A stretch of DNA of 64,000 nucleotides from Legionella sp. Its GTDB lineage: Bacteria > Pseudomonadota > Gammaproteobacteria > Legionellales > Legionellaceae. The stretch covers positions 3,292-67,291 of the forward strand of contig JAUXYG010000195.1 of assembly GCA_030694525.1 (NCBI GenBank), read 5' to 3'. The position numbers and the translations under genes were made by a program. The first letter of the stretch is position 1, and each line of letters starts with the position of its first letter. Positions 20,658-31,800 of the stretch are shown here, one piece after another. Below the pieces are notes generated by a model. It saw nothing but the letters and a program-made list of their open reading frames with translations, had not been told where the DNA came from and made no database searches.

Positions 20658-21418
20658 AAAAACGAATTATTCCGACCTTATTATTAAGTAAAGGACGAAT
20701 GGTTAAAGGAAAACAATTTGCCAATTTTAGGGATACTGGTGATCCTGTTTCTGCTGCACGAATTTACAATGCGCAAAATGCAGATGAGCTGTTTTTTTTG
20801 GATATTGATGCTAATCGCCATGGCAGTGCTTTTGAATTATTGGAAAATACAGTTAAAAATGTAGCGAAAGAATGTTTTATGCCTTTATCTGTAGGGGGCG
20901 GGATTGATTCCATTGATAAAATTCGCCGTCTGTTATTAGCGGGTGCTGATAAAGTTTCCATAACTACTGCTGCGCATACTGATCCTGATTTGATTAATAC
21001 AGCTGCGAATCTTTATGGCAGACAATGCATTGTAGTGGGCTTAGACGTGCGCCTGGAAGACGGTAGCTATGTTCTATACAGCCATTGCGGTACTCAAAAA
21101 ACAACTAAGAATCTTCGTGATTACGTACTGGAAATGACGGAGCGCGGTGTCGGCGAATTTGTTATCAATTCTATTGATAATGATGGGATGATGAAAGGGT
21201 ACGATTTAGACTGTGCCGCATTAGTAAGAACTTATACCGATAGACCCATCATCATTTCAGGCGGTGCGGGTACTTTTATGCATCTCGTTGATGCGTTTAA
21301 AGAGGCAAACGTGGATGCTGTATCCTGTGCCAGTTTATTTCATTTTGGTGATAATAACCCAATTCGTGCCCGTTCCTATTTATTAAACCAGGGCATCCCC
21401 ATGAAGCTTACAAAATGA
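20639..21418 (+). CDS. hisF: HisF-like cyclase paralogue (WbuZ/AglZ-like)
   Basis: KKRIIPTLL, ADELFFLDI, PLSVGGGI, SIDNDGMMKGYD, PIIISGG. Confidence 0.85.
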   Translation: MGRTMLKKRIIPTLLLSKGRMVKGKQFANFRDTGDPVSAARIYNAQNADELFFLDIDANRHGSAFELLENTVKNVAKECFMPLSVGGGIDSIDKIRRLLLAGADKVSITTAAHTDPDLINTAANLYGRQCIVVGLDVRLEDGSYVLYSHCGTQKTTKNLRDYVLEMTERGVGEFVINSIDNDGMMKGYDLDCAALVRTYTDRPIIISGGAGTFMHLVDAFKEANVDAVSCASLFHFGDNNPIRARSYLLNQGIPMKLTK

Positions 21419-22068
21419 TTTTATCAATCGAATCTAAATTACTGAGTCAGTATTTACTGAAGCAACTGAACATGTTTTTTCCAGATGATATTGATATCAG
21501 TTACAATCTGGTGCAAATTATGCCCATAGTAATCGAACGGATGGATTATTGTTTCAGCCAAATTCACAAAAAATATTATTTTGATAAAGGTCATTCTGTA
21601 TTTAATCATTTAAATTCAGATCATTATGCGATGTTTCTTTATTGGATTGCTAATGAAGCTTATAAAAATCAATTTATTAATCTTGCAGAGAAGGCATTTT
21701 TTTTAAATAAAGCATTGCATGGAGTTGATGCATTTTACTCAATTAAGTTACCTGATGTATTTTTGTTTGTTCATCCAATAGGAACTATTTTGGGCAATGC
21801 TAGCTATTCCAATTATTTGGTTGTTTATCAGAATGTTACTGTGGGAAGTGATATAAATGGGATTTATCCTCAATTTGGGCAAGCTAATGTGCTTTACTCG
21901 AAAAGTTCGGTTATTGGCTCCTGTGTTTTAGGCAACAATGTGGGTGTGGGGGCAAACTCATTCTTACGAAACTCCCAAATTCCAGATAATTCGATTGCTG
22001 TGGGTCTATATCCTGAGGTGAAGATTAAAAAAAATAATATTCATAATCAAAAAGAATTTTTTCATTAA
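21415..22068 (+). CDS. serine-acetyltransferase-like left-handed beta-helix acyltransferase
   Basis: FVHPIGTILG, YQNVTVG, VGVGANS. Confidence 0.75.
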   Translation: MILSIESKLLSQYLLKQLNMFFPDDIDISYNLVQIMPIVIERMDYCFSQIHKKYYFDKGHSVFNHLNSDHYAMFLYWIANEAYKNQFINLAEKAFFLNKALHGVDAFYSIKLPDVFLFVHPIGTILGNASYSNYLVVYQNVTVGSDINGIYPQFGQANVLYSKSSVIGSCVLGNNVGVGANSFLRNSQIPDNSIAVGLYPEVKIKKNNIHNQKEFFH

Positions 22069-22319
22069 GTGACACATCCCGCGACTTGTTCCTGAGTGAT
22101 CCTTAACTAAATTTAAATTCATTACAAGATACTGATTTTTAGCCTCGTGATATAGGTACATTTAAATTATGAAAGAAAATTGACAATCATTCTTATTTTT
22201 ATAATAATTTGCGGTTAATAAAATACAATACGCCTTAATGTTGTAGCATACATTGATTTTCTTAAGACCAATATGACGAAATGAGCGTGCTGTTTCACAA
22301 ACAAATGAGGTAAAAAGGA

Positions 22320-23738
22320 GTGTCAATGCGCTTAATACCTACAATATTATGTGGAGGAGCGGGCTCCAGACTATGGCCTGTATCTCGGGAATTACATCCT
22401 AAACCATTTATTCGTCTGGCAGATGGTAAAAGTCTGCTACAAAAAACTTTTGAGCGGAGCGCATTATTACCTGGTGTGGAAGAAATTCTTACAATCACTA
22501 ATCGTGATTTTTATTTCAAAACAGAAGAAGAATTTCGTGAAATAAATCACACGTCGCTAAAAATGTCCTACATTCTTGAGCCATTTGGACGAAATACAGC
22601 TGCAGCAATTGCCTCTGCGGCATTGTATGTCTCGCATGCTAATGAAGATGCTCTGATGCTTATTTTACCTGCGGATCATATTATTCTTGATCAAAATGCA
22701 TTTGCTGATGCAGTACTTCAAGCAGTCAATCTAGCTCAGGATAATAAGCTAGTAGCATTCGGTATTCAGCCAGAACATCCAGAGACTGGCTATGGTTATA
22801 TCGAAGCGGAAGGAAACCATGTTTTAAATTTTATAGAAAAACCTTCTTTGGAAAAAGCTACCGAATATTTTCAATCTGGAAACTTTTTGTGGAATTCTGG
22901 AATGTTTTGTGTTTCTGCTAAAACCATACTGGAGGAACTAGAGCTTTATTCTCCGGATATTCTAACAGCCACAAAAAATTGTATCGATCAATCCAGCCTG
23001 ATTGTTAAAGAAGAACACACTCAATTAATTCTGGATGAAAAAACATTTCGCCTGGTTCATGAAAACTCAATCGATTACGCCGTAGTTGAGAAGTCTAAAC
23101 GAGTAGCGGTGGTTCCTTGCACTATTGGCTGGAGTGATATTGGTTCATGGAATGCCCTGGGGGATCTTGCCGAATCGGATATAAAAGGCAATCGAATTGA
23201 GGGTGAGGCACTAATTCATGATGTAACCAATTGTTTCATACAAAGTAAAGAGCGTATGATTGGCGCTGTAGGGCTCGATAATCTGATTATTATCGATACT
23301 CCTGATGCTTTACTGGTTGCTGATAAATCACGAGTTCAAGATGTAAAACGAATTTATAGTGAACTCAAAGCCCAGGATCATGACACTTATAAGTTACATC
23401 GAACAGTTCATAGACCCTGGGGAACCTATACCGTTCTGGAAAAAGGCCCTCGTTTTAAAATTAAACGAATTGAGGTGAAACCCGGAGCGAGTTTAAGCTT
23501 GCAAATGCATCATCACCGGAGTGAACATTGGATAGTCGTAAGTGGTATGGCCAAAGTTATAAATGGTGATAAGGAACTGTATATCAATACCAATGAATCC
23601 ACATATATCCCTGCAGGCCATAAGCATCGTTTAGAAAATCCAGGGGTTCTTGATCTGGTGATGATTGAAGTACAAAGTGGTGAATACATGGGTGAGGACG
23701 ATATAGTGCGATTCGAAGATATCTATGGGCGTGTATAA
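22320..23738 (+). CDS. manC: mannose-1-phosphate guanylyltransferase/mannose-6-phosphate isomerase
   Basis: ILCGGAGSRLWPVSR, EPFGRNTAAAI, WNSGMF, RPWG cupin, SLQMHHHRSEHW. Confidence 0.95.
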   Translation: MSMRLIPTILCGGAGSRLWPVSRELHPKPFIRLADGKSLLQKTFERSALLPGVEEILTITNRDFYFKTEEEFREINHTSLKMSYILEPFGRNTAAAIASAALYVSHANEDALMLILPADHIILDQNAFADAVLQAVNLAQDNKLVAFGIQPEHPETGYGYIEAEGNHVLNFIEKPSLEKATEYFQSGNFLWNSGMFCVSAKTILEELELYSPDILTATKNCIDQSSLIVKEEHTQLILDEKTFRLVHENSIDYAVVEKSKRVAVVPCTIGWSDIGSWNALGDLAESDIKGNRIEGEALIHDVTNCFIQSKERMIGAVGLDNLIIIDTPDALLVADKSRVQDVKRIYSELKAQDHDTYKLHRTVHRPWGTYTVLEKGPRFKIKRIEVKPGASLSLQMHHHRSEHWIVVSGMAKVINGDKELYINTNESTYIPAGHKHRLENPGVLDLVMIEVQSGEYMGEDDIVRFEDIYGRV

Positions 23739-23910
23739 TTTTTTTTAGAATTGTTCTATGAATTCCGGCTCAATTGTAAGATCCATGATGAACACGCCAG
23801 TAATTTAGTGAACTATTTATTATTTTATTTATTGAATTTATTAATTAAGATCATGTTTAGAATTTCTAATTAGTGTTCTTATCAGACAAAGAGTATATAA
23901 GGGGTATTGG

Positions 23911-24978
23911 GTGAAAACTGCATTAATTACGGGTGTTACAGGTCAAGATGGGGCGTATTTGGCTGAGTTTTTGATCAATAAGGGATACGTAGTGCATGGG
24001 ATTAAAAGACGATCCTCACTAATCAATACCGCCCGCATAGACCATCTTTACCAAGATCCTCATGAAAAAAATCTGCAACTTATTCTGCATTATGGGGATA
24101 TGACTGACAGTAGTAGTCTCATTCATATTATACAAAAGACTAAACCTGATGAAATATACAATCTTGCCGCTCAAAGTCACGTGGCAGTTTCTTTTGAAGA
24201 ACCAGAATATACCGCCAATTCCGACGCGCTTGGTGCCTTAAGAATATTGGAAGCAATTCGAATTCTGGGGTTTGAAAAAAAAACCAAATTTTATCAAGCG
24301 TCCACTTCTGAGCTATATGGTTTAGTTCAGGAAACACCGCAGAAAGAAACAACCCCATTTTATCCCAGATCACCTTATGCTGTATCAAAGCTATATGCAT
24401 ATTGGATAACGGTTAATTACCGGGAAGCATACAACATGTATGCGTGTAACGGTATTTTATTTAATCATGAATCTCCCATCCGTGGTGAAACATTTGTAAC
24501 CCGAAAAATCACTCGAGGTCTTGCTCGAATTAAATGCGGTCTCGAAGAATGTTTGTATTTAGGTAATATCAATGCCAAGCGAGACTGGGGTCATGCAAAG
24601 GATTATGTAGAAATGCAATGGCTGATGTTACAACAGGAAAAACCTGAAGATTTTGTTATTGCAACGGGCGAGCAACACAGCGTACGTGAATTTATCAATA
24701 TTTGTGCTAAAGAAATAAACCTCGATTTAAACTGGGAAGGTGAAGGGGTAGATGAAAAGGCTTATTCGAGCGATGGAGTGTGTCGCATCGCGATTGATCC
24801 ACGTTATTTCAGACCCACAGAAGTAGAAACTTTATTAGGTGATGCCAGTAAAGCCCGCAACCAATTGGGTTGGAAGCCCAAAATCAGTTTTCAGGAGCTG
24901 GTGAAGGAAATGATACATTCTGATTATCAGATAGCCTGTAAAGATAAATTTATTAAAGATAATGGTTACCACGATTAA
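23911..24978 (+). CDS. gmd: GDP-mannose 4,6-dehydratase
   Basis: [56 protein letters not shown]. Confidence 0.97.
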   Translation: MKTALITGVTGQDGAYLAEFLINKGYVVHGIKRRSSLINTARIDHLYQDPHEKNLQLILHYGDMTDSSSLIHIIQKTKPDEIYNLAAQSHVAVSFEEPEYTANSDALGALRILEAIRILGFEKKTKFYQASTSELYGLVQETPQKETTPFYPRSPYAVSKLYAYWITVNYREAYNMYACNGILFNHESPIRGETFVTRKITRGLARIKCGLEECLYLGNINAKRDWGHAKDYVEMQWLMLQQEKPEDFVIATGEQHSVREFINICAKEINLDLNWEGEGVDEKAYSSDGVCRIAIDPRYFRPTEVETLLGDASKARNQLGWKPKISFQELVKEMIHSDYQIACKDKFIKDNGYHD

Positions 24979-25055
24979 ACGGAGTCTGTTTAGTCAATAA
25001 CATTAACTATTTTTAATAGTTAATATAATAAATTTCGTAAGAGTAAGGATTATTA

Positions 25056-26033
25056 ATGAGTAACACCATGCATACTAATTCCCGAATTTTTGTTGCTGGA
25101 CATGCAGGTCTGGTTGGCTCTGCAATTGTCAGATCCTTAAAAAAACAAGGATACACTAATTTAATTCTAAGAAGTAAAGCGGACCTTGATTTGAGGCAGC
25201 AAAGTGCAGTCAATGATTTTTTTGCTCAGGAAAAGCCAGAGTTTGTTTTTATGGCTGCCGCAAAAGTTGGAGGAATTGTTGCAAACAATACGTATCCTGC
25301 TGATTTTGGGTATCAGAACCAGATGATTCAAAATAATATAATTTATGCATCCTGGGAACATAAAGTGAAACGATTGTTGTTTTTAGGATCTTCCTGTCTC
25401 TATCCAAGAGATTGTCCTCAGCCCATGCATGAAGAACATCTACTAACCGGTCTTCTTGAGCCTACCAATAAAGCCTATGCGTTAGCCAAAATTTCGGGTA
25501 TTTCCTTGTGTGAATCTTTTAATAAACAATATGGAACGCAATATATTGTTGGAATGCCCACAAACTTGTATGGTCCAAATGATAATTATGATCTTCAGGC
25601 ATCACATGTTATTCCCGCATTAATGCGAAAAATTCATGAAGCAAAAATGAATAATTCACCGTCTGTTGAAGTTTGGGGTTCAGGCATAGCAAAGCGAGAG
25701 TTTTTGCATAGTAATGATATGGGTGACGCTGCTGTTTTCCTTTTAAATTTACCTGATGAGCAATTTAACGAGTTAATAAATTGTCCTGTCACCGGAGTAT
25801 TGGTTAACATTGGCTATGGCAAGGACATATCAATCAAACAATTGGTCGAACTCTTGTGCACAATTGTAGATTATAAGGGCGAGATTAGTTGGGACAAAAC
25901 AAAACCCGATGGTACACCGCAAAAATTATTAAATACCGATAAAATTAATAAAGCAGGGTGGTATCCGAAACTGTCGTTCGCTGAAGAGTTAAGTAAAATT
26001 TACCTGGATAAATTCGCTATGGCTTTAAACTAG
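25056..26033 (+). CDS. fcl: GDP-L-fucose synthase
   Basis: VAGHAGLVGSAI, AAAKVGGI, GSSCLYP, YALAK, PTNLYGPNDN, KPDGTPQK. Confidence 0.93.
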   Translation: MSNTMHTNSRIFVAGHAGLVGSAIVRSLKKQGYTNLILRSKADLDLRQQSAVNDFFAQEKPEFVFMAAAKVGGIVANNTYPADFGYQNQMIQNNIIYASWEHKVKRLLFLGSSCLYPRDCPQPMHEEHLLTGLLEPTNKAYALAKISGISLCESFNKQYGTQYIVGMPTNLYGPNDNYDLQASHVIPALMRKIHEAKMNNSPSVEVWGSGIAKREFLHSNDMGDAAVFLLNLPDEQFNELINCPVTGVLVNIGYGKDISIKQLVELLCTIVDYKGEISWDKTKPDGTPQKLLNTDKINKAGWYPKLSFAEELSKIYLDKFAMALN

Positions 26034-26047
26034 ACAGGGCAAATTAC

Positions 26048-27505
26048 ATGACAGAAGTTATTTTTTTCTCTCACCACAATACTACTCCGTGGTGGCAGTT
26101 TTTAGCAGAAAATTTAAATTGTACCAGCTCATCAGCTGTAATGTCTGACCTTAGGGAGCCAGTTGATTTTTGCATTGTTAATGATTTTTATCATCATTTA
26201 AAAAACCAAAATTGCGAACAGATTGCGATTGATCATTTTTCTGAAGAAGAGTGTGCGAGTATCATCAAGCGTTGCCGCGTGTTACGAAACTTAAAAAAAT
26301 CATTGGCCTTATCCATGATAGGATCGATGTGGTTGACATTGGATGCACTTATTAAAAAGGAAAAACCGAAACTAATCGTAAGTTTTATAATGGATCGCTA
26401 TTTATTTGATGTACTTGGCAGAATTACTCAAGAATATAATATTAAATTTGTCGAAATGACCGCGTCAATTATTCCTGATCACGTCATGTTAATGGAAAGA
26501 GGAAAACTAATTAAATTTCGAGATCCGGAACCAGCAGAAATTGATAAATCAAGAACGCTTCTAATCAATGAATCGTTCACACCTTCCTATGTAAGTAAAA
26601 GTAAGAAATATAACAATCTATTATTTTGGCGCACGTTTTTATACTTTAAACTTCGCGGCTTAGCTTTTGATCTTATTCGGTACCTGAAACGAGATAAACT
26701 AAATATTCATTATCTGGATGCTAAAAACTCACTAAATCATAAGCCGCGATTGCTTGATTACAAAGTAAAAAGCTACATGGATGATACATGGGAGCATAAA
26801 TTAAGCCTCACTCCCAAAGATAAGCGTGTGTTTATTGGGTTACAACTGTTACCCGAAGCATCTCTAGATTATTGGCTGGAAGATTTAAGTTTATTAAATA
26901 ACGAAGAGCTAATTCTTAAGGTATGCCATGTATTGGGCAAAGAAGGTTATGTAATTTTTGTTAAAGATCATCCATTACAGTTTGGTTTTAGAAAAAGAGA
27001 GGTTATTCAAAAACTGGCAGCCTTATCCTATGTGGTGCTTGTTCCTTATGAAGTTCCAGCAACCCTTCTGATTAAAGAATGTCCGGTAACGGTGACATGT
27101 ACGGGAACAATTGGATTTCAAAGTGCGCTGGCAGGTTCTTGTTCTGTGGTGAGTAATGCTTATTATTCTGATCAGGAACATTTTGTTCATTTTAATAATT
27201 TAATGGATATTGAGGGTTTACCAGAGAAAATTAAATTATTTCAAATGAATAATTCTAGAAGTATATCTGAAAAAGGAATTGATAAATTATTAAATAATGT
27301 TTTGTCAGCCAGTATGCCCGGAGATTTATTTAGTTTCAGAAAGTTTGATAAAAACAATCAAGAGCATATAAATAGAGTACTCCCTTTATTAGATTCAATG
27401 AATAAATATTTTCCTGAAATAATGAGAGAGAAAGATAAAGTCACATCAGAAATCAAGAGAAAAAAGGCGCATCAACCCGAGGTTAGTGTTTCTGATTCGT
27501 ATTGA
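26048..27505 (+). CDS. capsule-biosynthesis (KpsS/KpsC-like) putative glycosyltransferase
   Basis: GLQLLPEASLDYW, VKDHP and TGTIGFQSAL motifs resemble the KpsS-like GT-B domain. Confidence 0.55.
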   Translation: MTEVIFFSHHNTTPWWQFLAENLNCTSSSAVMSDLREPVDFCIVNDFYHHLKNQNCEQIAIDHFSEEECASIIKRCRVLRNLKKSLALSMIGSMWLTLDALIKKEKPKLIVSFIMDRYLFDVLGRITQEYNIKFVEMTASIIPDHVMLMERGKLIKFRDPEPAEIDKSRTLLINESFTPSYVSKSKKYNNLLFWRTFLYFKLRGLAFDLIRYLKRDKLNIHYLDAKNSLNHKPRLLDYKVKSYMDDTWEHKLSLTPKDKRVFIGLQLLPEASLDYWLEDLSLLNNEELILKVCHVLGKEGYVIFVKDHPLQFGFRKREVIQKLAALSYVVLVPYEVPATLLIKECPVTVTCTGTIGFQSALAGSCSVVSNAYYSDQEHFVHFNNLMDIEGLPEKIKLFQMNNSRSISEKGIDKLLNNVLSASMPGDLFSFRKFDKNNQEHINRVLPLLDSMNKYFPEIMREKDKVTSEIKRKKAHQPEVSVSDSY

Positions 27506-27601
27506 GATGTTTGCAATCAATATTAAGCATAAAGCGTGGGTTCAGTTTTCTGTGCATTTAATTTCCTGTTCCTGATTTACATAAATGTTGGGTATTAATA
27601 A

Positions 27602-28624
27602 ATGATTTTATTCCTAAGTATTTTTTTTGTAACATCGGTATTAATGACTCATCTGTTCTGTAAGTTTGCCAAAAATACTCGGCTCATGGATAAGCCTAAT
27701 GAGCGCTCCATGCATTCCATACCCACTATTCGGGGTGGTGGAGCCATTTTTATTGGTTTATCTGTTTTAAGTCTCCCATTTATCAGTTATTTCTCAAAGG
27801 TCCCGTTAAATGAATTAACTTTCTTTATACTGAGCATTTGTTTACTTGCTGGTGTTAGTTTTATAGATGATTTATTCCAGCTATCAGCGAAAAGCAGATT
27901 AGCCATTCAATGTTTAGTAGGTCTTATTGTAGCTTTATTTTTAAGACCTGAAATTTTGGATTTAATGCTATTTCCAATAACCAACTCCTTTTTAATTTTT
28001 TTATTTCTACTGGTAGCGGTGATATGGTCAATTAACCATTTTAACTTTATGGATGGGATGGATGGCTTTTGCGCCTTACAAGCATTGTTTATTCTCGTAT
28101 CTTATGCTTTATTTTTAAACCAGAATCCTGATGCCATTGCATATCAGCAATATTGTATGGTTTTGGGCGTAGGACTGCTGGGATTTTTGATATTTAATTT
28201 TCCTCCTGCTCGTTTATTCATGGGGGACGTGGGCAGTGCTTCGTTGGGCTTAATTAGCTTCATGATTGCAGTTACTGCTCAAAAACAATTCAATATTCCT
28301 CTGGGATATTGGTTTGTATTAAATGGTCTTTTTCTTTTTGATGCAACAATTACTTTAATTCGACGTGCTCTAAATAAAGAAAAATGTTTTTCCGCTCACA
28401 AAAAACATGCCTATCAACGTTTAAAGCAACAGGGAGTTTCGACTCGTGTAATCCTGTTGGGACAAGCGATTGTCAATTTGCTCTTCCTTTCATTAATTTT
28501 CTTAGTGGTAAAAAATGAGATTGGTTTCCTGGCTTTGTTTGGCCTTCAATTTTTAATTTTAATATCAATTTATACATTAATCGAAATCAAACATCCTATG
28601 TTTGCTATTAATGTGTCACGGTAA
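27602..28624 (+). CDS. MraY/WecA-family polyprenyl-phosphate sugar-1-phosphate transferase (WbpL-like)
   Basis: DKPNERSMHSIPTIRGGG, SFIDD, NFMDGMDG, LFMGDVGS, AHKKHAYQRL. Confidence 0.92.
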   Translation: MILFLSIFFVTSVLMTHLFCKFAKNTRLMDKPNERSMHSIPTIRGGGAIFIGLSVLSLPFISYFSKVPLNELTFFILSICLLAGVSFIDDLFQLSAKSRLAIQCLVGLIVALFLRPEILDLMLFPITNSFLIFLFLLVAVIWSINHFNFMDGMDGFCALQALFILVSYALFLNQNPDAIAYQQYCMVLGVGLLGFLIFNFPPARLFMGDVGSASLGLISFMIAVTAQKQFNIPLGYWFVLNGLFLFDATITLIRRALNKEKCFSAHKKHAYQRLKQQGVSTRVILLGQAIVNLLFLSLIFLVVKNEIGFLALFGLQFLILISIYTLIEIKHPMFAINVSR

Positions 28625-28885
28625 AGTAGCAAAGAACTCCTGAGATGCGCAGGAGATCTCGGTTATGTCGTTATAAAACAAGCAGATACTCCTTAATTTG
28701 ATCATACAGATTAAATAAAATCATCTATTTCACACGATACAAAATCAATTTAATCCGAAATTGGAATTCTTATATTTCTTACCTATATTTTATATAGAGT
28801 TTTACGAAATCTTTTAAGATGAATTAATTATTTTATTAGGAACGTAGGGCGTCACCCACTAATTGTATGGACAGGGATGAATTAG

Positions 28886-31800
28886 ATGGATCACTTGCAA
28901 ACGTTGCATCATTTTTTTGAATACCAGGCTGAAAACTATCCGCAACGTACTGCGGTGATCTTTAATCATCAGTCTATGAATTACGAGCAACTCAATCAAA
29001 AAGCAAATCAATTCGCTCACTATTTAATAAAGAAAGGGATACAAAAAGAGACGCCACTGGCGGTATTTTTTGAACGTTCTTTTGATTTTCTAATTACAAT
29101 AATGGGTATTCTAAAAGCCGGCTGCGCTTATATTCCATTGGATATAAGTTATCCCCGAGAAAGAATATTATTAATTTTAAAAGAAGCAGGCAATCCCTTA
29201 TTAATTACTACTGAGTATCATAAGAAAAAATTGAGTTTGAACGACAATATTTTAATCATTACAGATAATAAGGATATAGAAAAACAGTCTGTATTAAATC
29301 CATCCATAGAAATATCCGAAAAAAATCTGGCCTATGTAATCTATACCTCAGGCTCTACAGGTGTGCCAAAAGGTGTTTTAATTGAACATCAGGCGATTAT
29401 GAATTATTGCTTATGGTTTTCTCAAGAGCACAAAGATATTTCCAGGATAGATTTCTCATCTAATCATGCCTTTGATATGTCCATTACTTTGTATTTGGTT
29501 CCTTTGATTCTTGGATTAACGGTGATCATGTGTGAGGATCCTATTAAAAAGGACCCTAAAAAATACATTAATTATTTAAATGCGTTTGCGATAGATTTTA
29601 TAAAATTAACTCCGAGTTATTTTAAAATTTTAGTCCATGAAATGGAAAACCAATTTGTCCAATTACCTTTTTTAAAAGAACTTATGTTGGGCGGAGAAAA
29701 TTTAACCAAACAAGAATGCGCCTCATGGCTTAAGCTCTATCCGCACCATGTTTTATACAACGAATATGGACCCACAGAAACTACAGTTGCAGTCACTGCT
29801 TTTTCTATTGATAAAAACAATATTAATGATTTAGAAAAAATTATCCCTATTGGTCGCTTAGCCCTCAATACTGATGCGTTTATTCTAAACGACCAATTGC
29901 AACCTGTATTGAAAGATGAAATAGGGGAGTTATATATCGGGGGACGAGCTTTAGCCAGAGGTTATTTGAATAGTCCAGAATTAACAGAAAAATATTTTAT
30001 TAAAAATCCCTTTACCCAAGAGCCAGACGATAGATTATATAAGACTGGCGATTTATGTCGTCTGAATACTACAGGAAATTTTGAATGCAGGGGCAGAATT
30101 GACCATCAAATCAAAATTCGTGGGTTTAGGGTGGAGCCCAGCGAAATAGAAAGCTATCTGATGACCTATCCGGATATTAAAGCGGCAATAGTAAATGTGT
30201 ATCCGTTAAACAAGAAAGAAAACAGTTTAATCGCTTATTACATTCCAAAAAATTCCACCATGGAGTTACAATCAAAAAAATTACGCCAGTATTTAAAAAA
30301 TTATTTGCCTGACTACATGATTCCAACCGTATTTATTGAAATGGAACTATTTCCCTTAAATGCAAATGATAAATTAGATCGCTCTGCTCTTCCCCTACCT
30401 CAATTTAAAGAGAATAAAAATTATAAAAAGGTACGAAACTCCCTGAAGGGAAAGTTAATGGATATCTGGTCAGAGGAGTTGGGCATAAATACAATTGGAA
30501 TCGAAGATGATTTTTTTGAATTAGGGGGGCATTCATTATCTGCAGCACGAATTATTTCAAAAATAAATAAAGAGTTTTATGTAGAACTGTCTTTGCAGGA
30601 TATATATACACACACCACTATTAGTAGTCTCATTCCAATTATAAAAAATGCGAAAAAAATAATTAAGGCAGAGAATCGGGTCGCTAATAACTTAAATGCG
30701 GATACAGGTCTTCTTCCTCTAAGCGATTTCCAATTTATGTTATGGATAGCCAATACTTTTGAACCTAAAGCAAAGAAACTTAATATTATTTCACGTAAAC
30801 GCTTTGAGGGCCGGTTTGATGTTAAAAAACTTAATAAAGCCTATGTCGCCTTATTAAATAAACACGAAGCTTTGTCATATCGAACGGCGCGATTTCGTCC
30901 AGGGCAGTATTTTCTAAAAAATGACTCTTCAGTTATCGTTGAAAGGTCACTTGAATTATTGTCAGATAGTCAAAAAGAGCAGCTTTTGAATGAATCCATT
31001 CAGGAGTTAATGAATTATTCCATTTGGCCAAAAAATGCGCCACAAATTATAATTCGCTTGTATTATTTAAATGAAAACTGCAGCGAATTACAACTTTGTG
31101 TCCCTCATATCATATCCGATGATCTTGTTCCTGATATTTTATTATATGATTTATCTCAGTTTTATTCTGCGAAAAAAATTAGCAATAAAATTCAGGATCA
31201 TTCTTATCGAGACTATATTTTAGACGAACAGACTCATTTGAAAAAACACCTCAATCGCGATATTACTTTTTGGGACAATTATCTAAAAGATGCGAATTTA
31301 TATGCCTTTCCTGAGGAATATATTGTAAAAGACATGCACGCTAAAAATTACTCTTATTCAACGTATATTGATATTTCACAAGAAAATCTGAATGATTTAA
31401 ATGTTTTTTGCGCTAGAAAACACGTCAGTATACTGGATGGTCTTTGTGCCATCGTAGCATTGGCATTAAAAAAATTTAGTTCTGACAAGAGTACTTCTGT
31501 ATGTATTAACCGAGTCAAATCTACTCGAGAAAGCCAGGATTATGATAAAACAATCGGTTGCTTTTTAAGAATTGAACCAGTAAAACTGGCACTTCATGAG
31601 CAATCAAATGTAATAGAGCTGTCGCAAGCTATTCATCAAGCGGCAATTAATACTCATCCATACCAGGGATGTCCTAATTTAATAAAGCTTGCCAGCATCA
31701 GCAGTTTTAGGAATGAAACCAATTTTTTTAAAAAAACCCTCATTAAAAGTTTTTTTTGGTTATACAGTCTGTTATCCCAGGTAAAACTTTATTCGGAAAC

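Noticed and set aside
20034-21418. Histidine biosynthesis operon
   Set aside because: Only hisH/hisF-like genes, coupled to an amidotransferase within a glycan locus, which is the known WbuXYZ-type arrangement
22075-22102. CATCCCGCGACTTGTTC half-REP-like sequence
   Set aside because: Right arm does not pair; too degenerate to call
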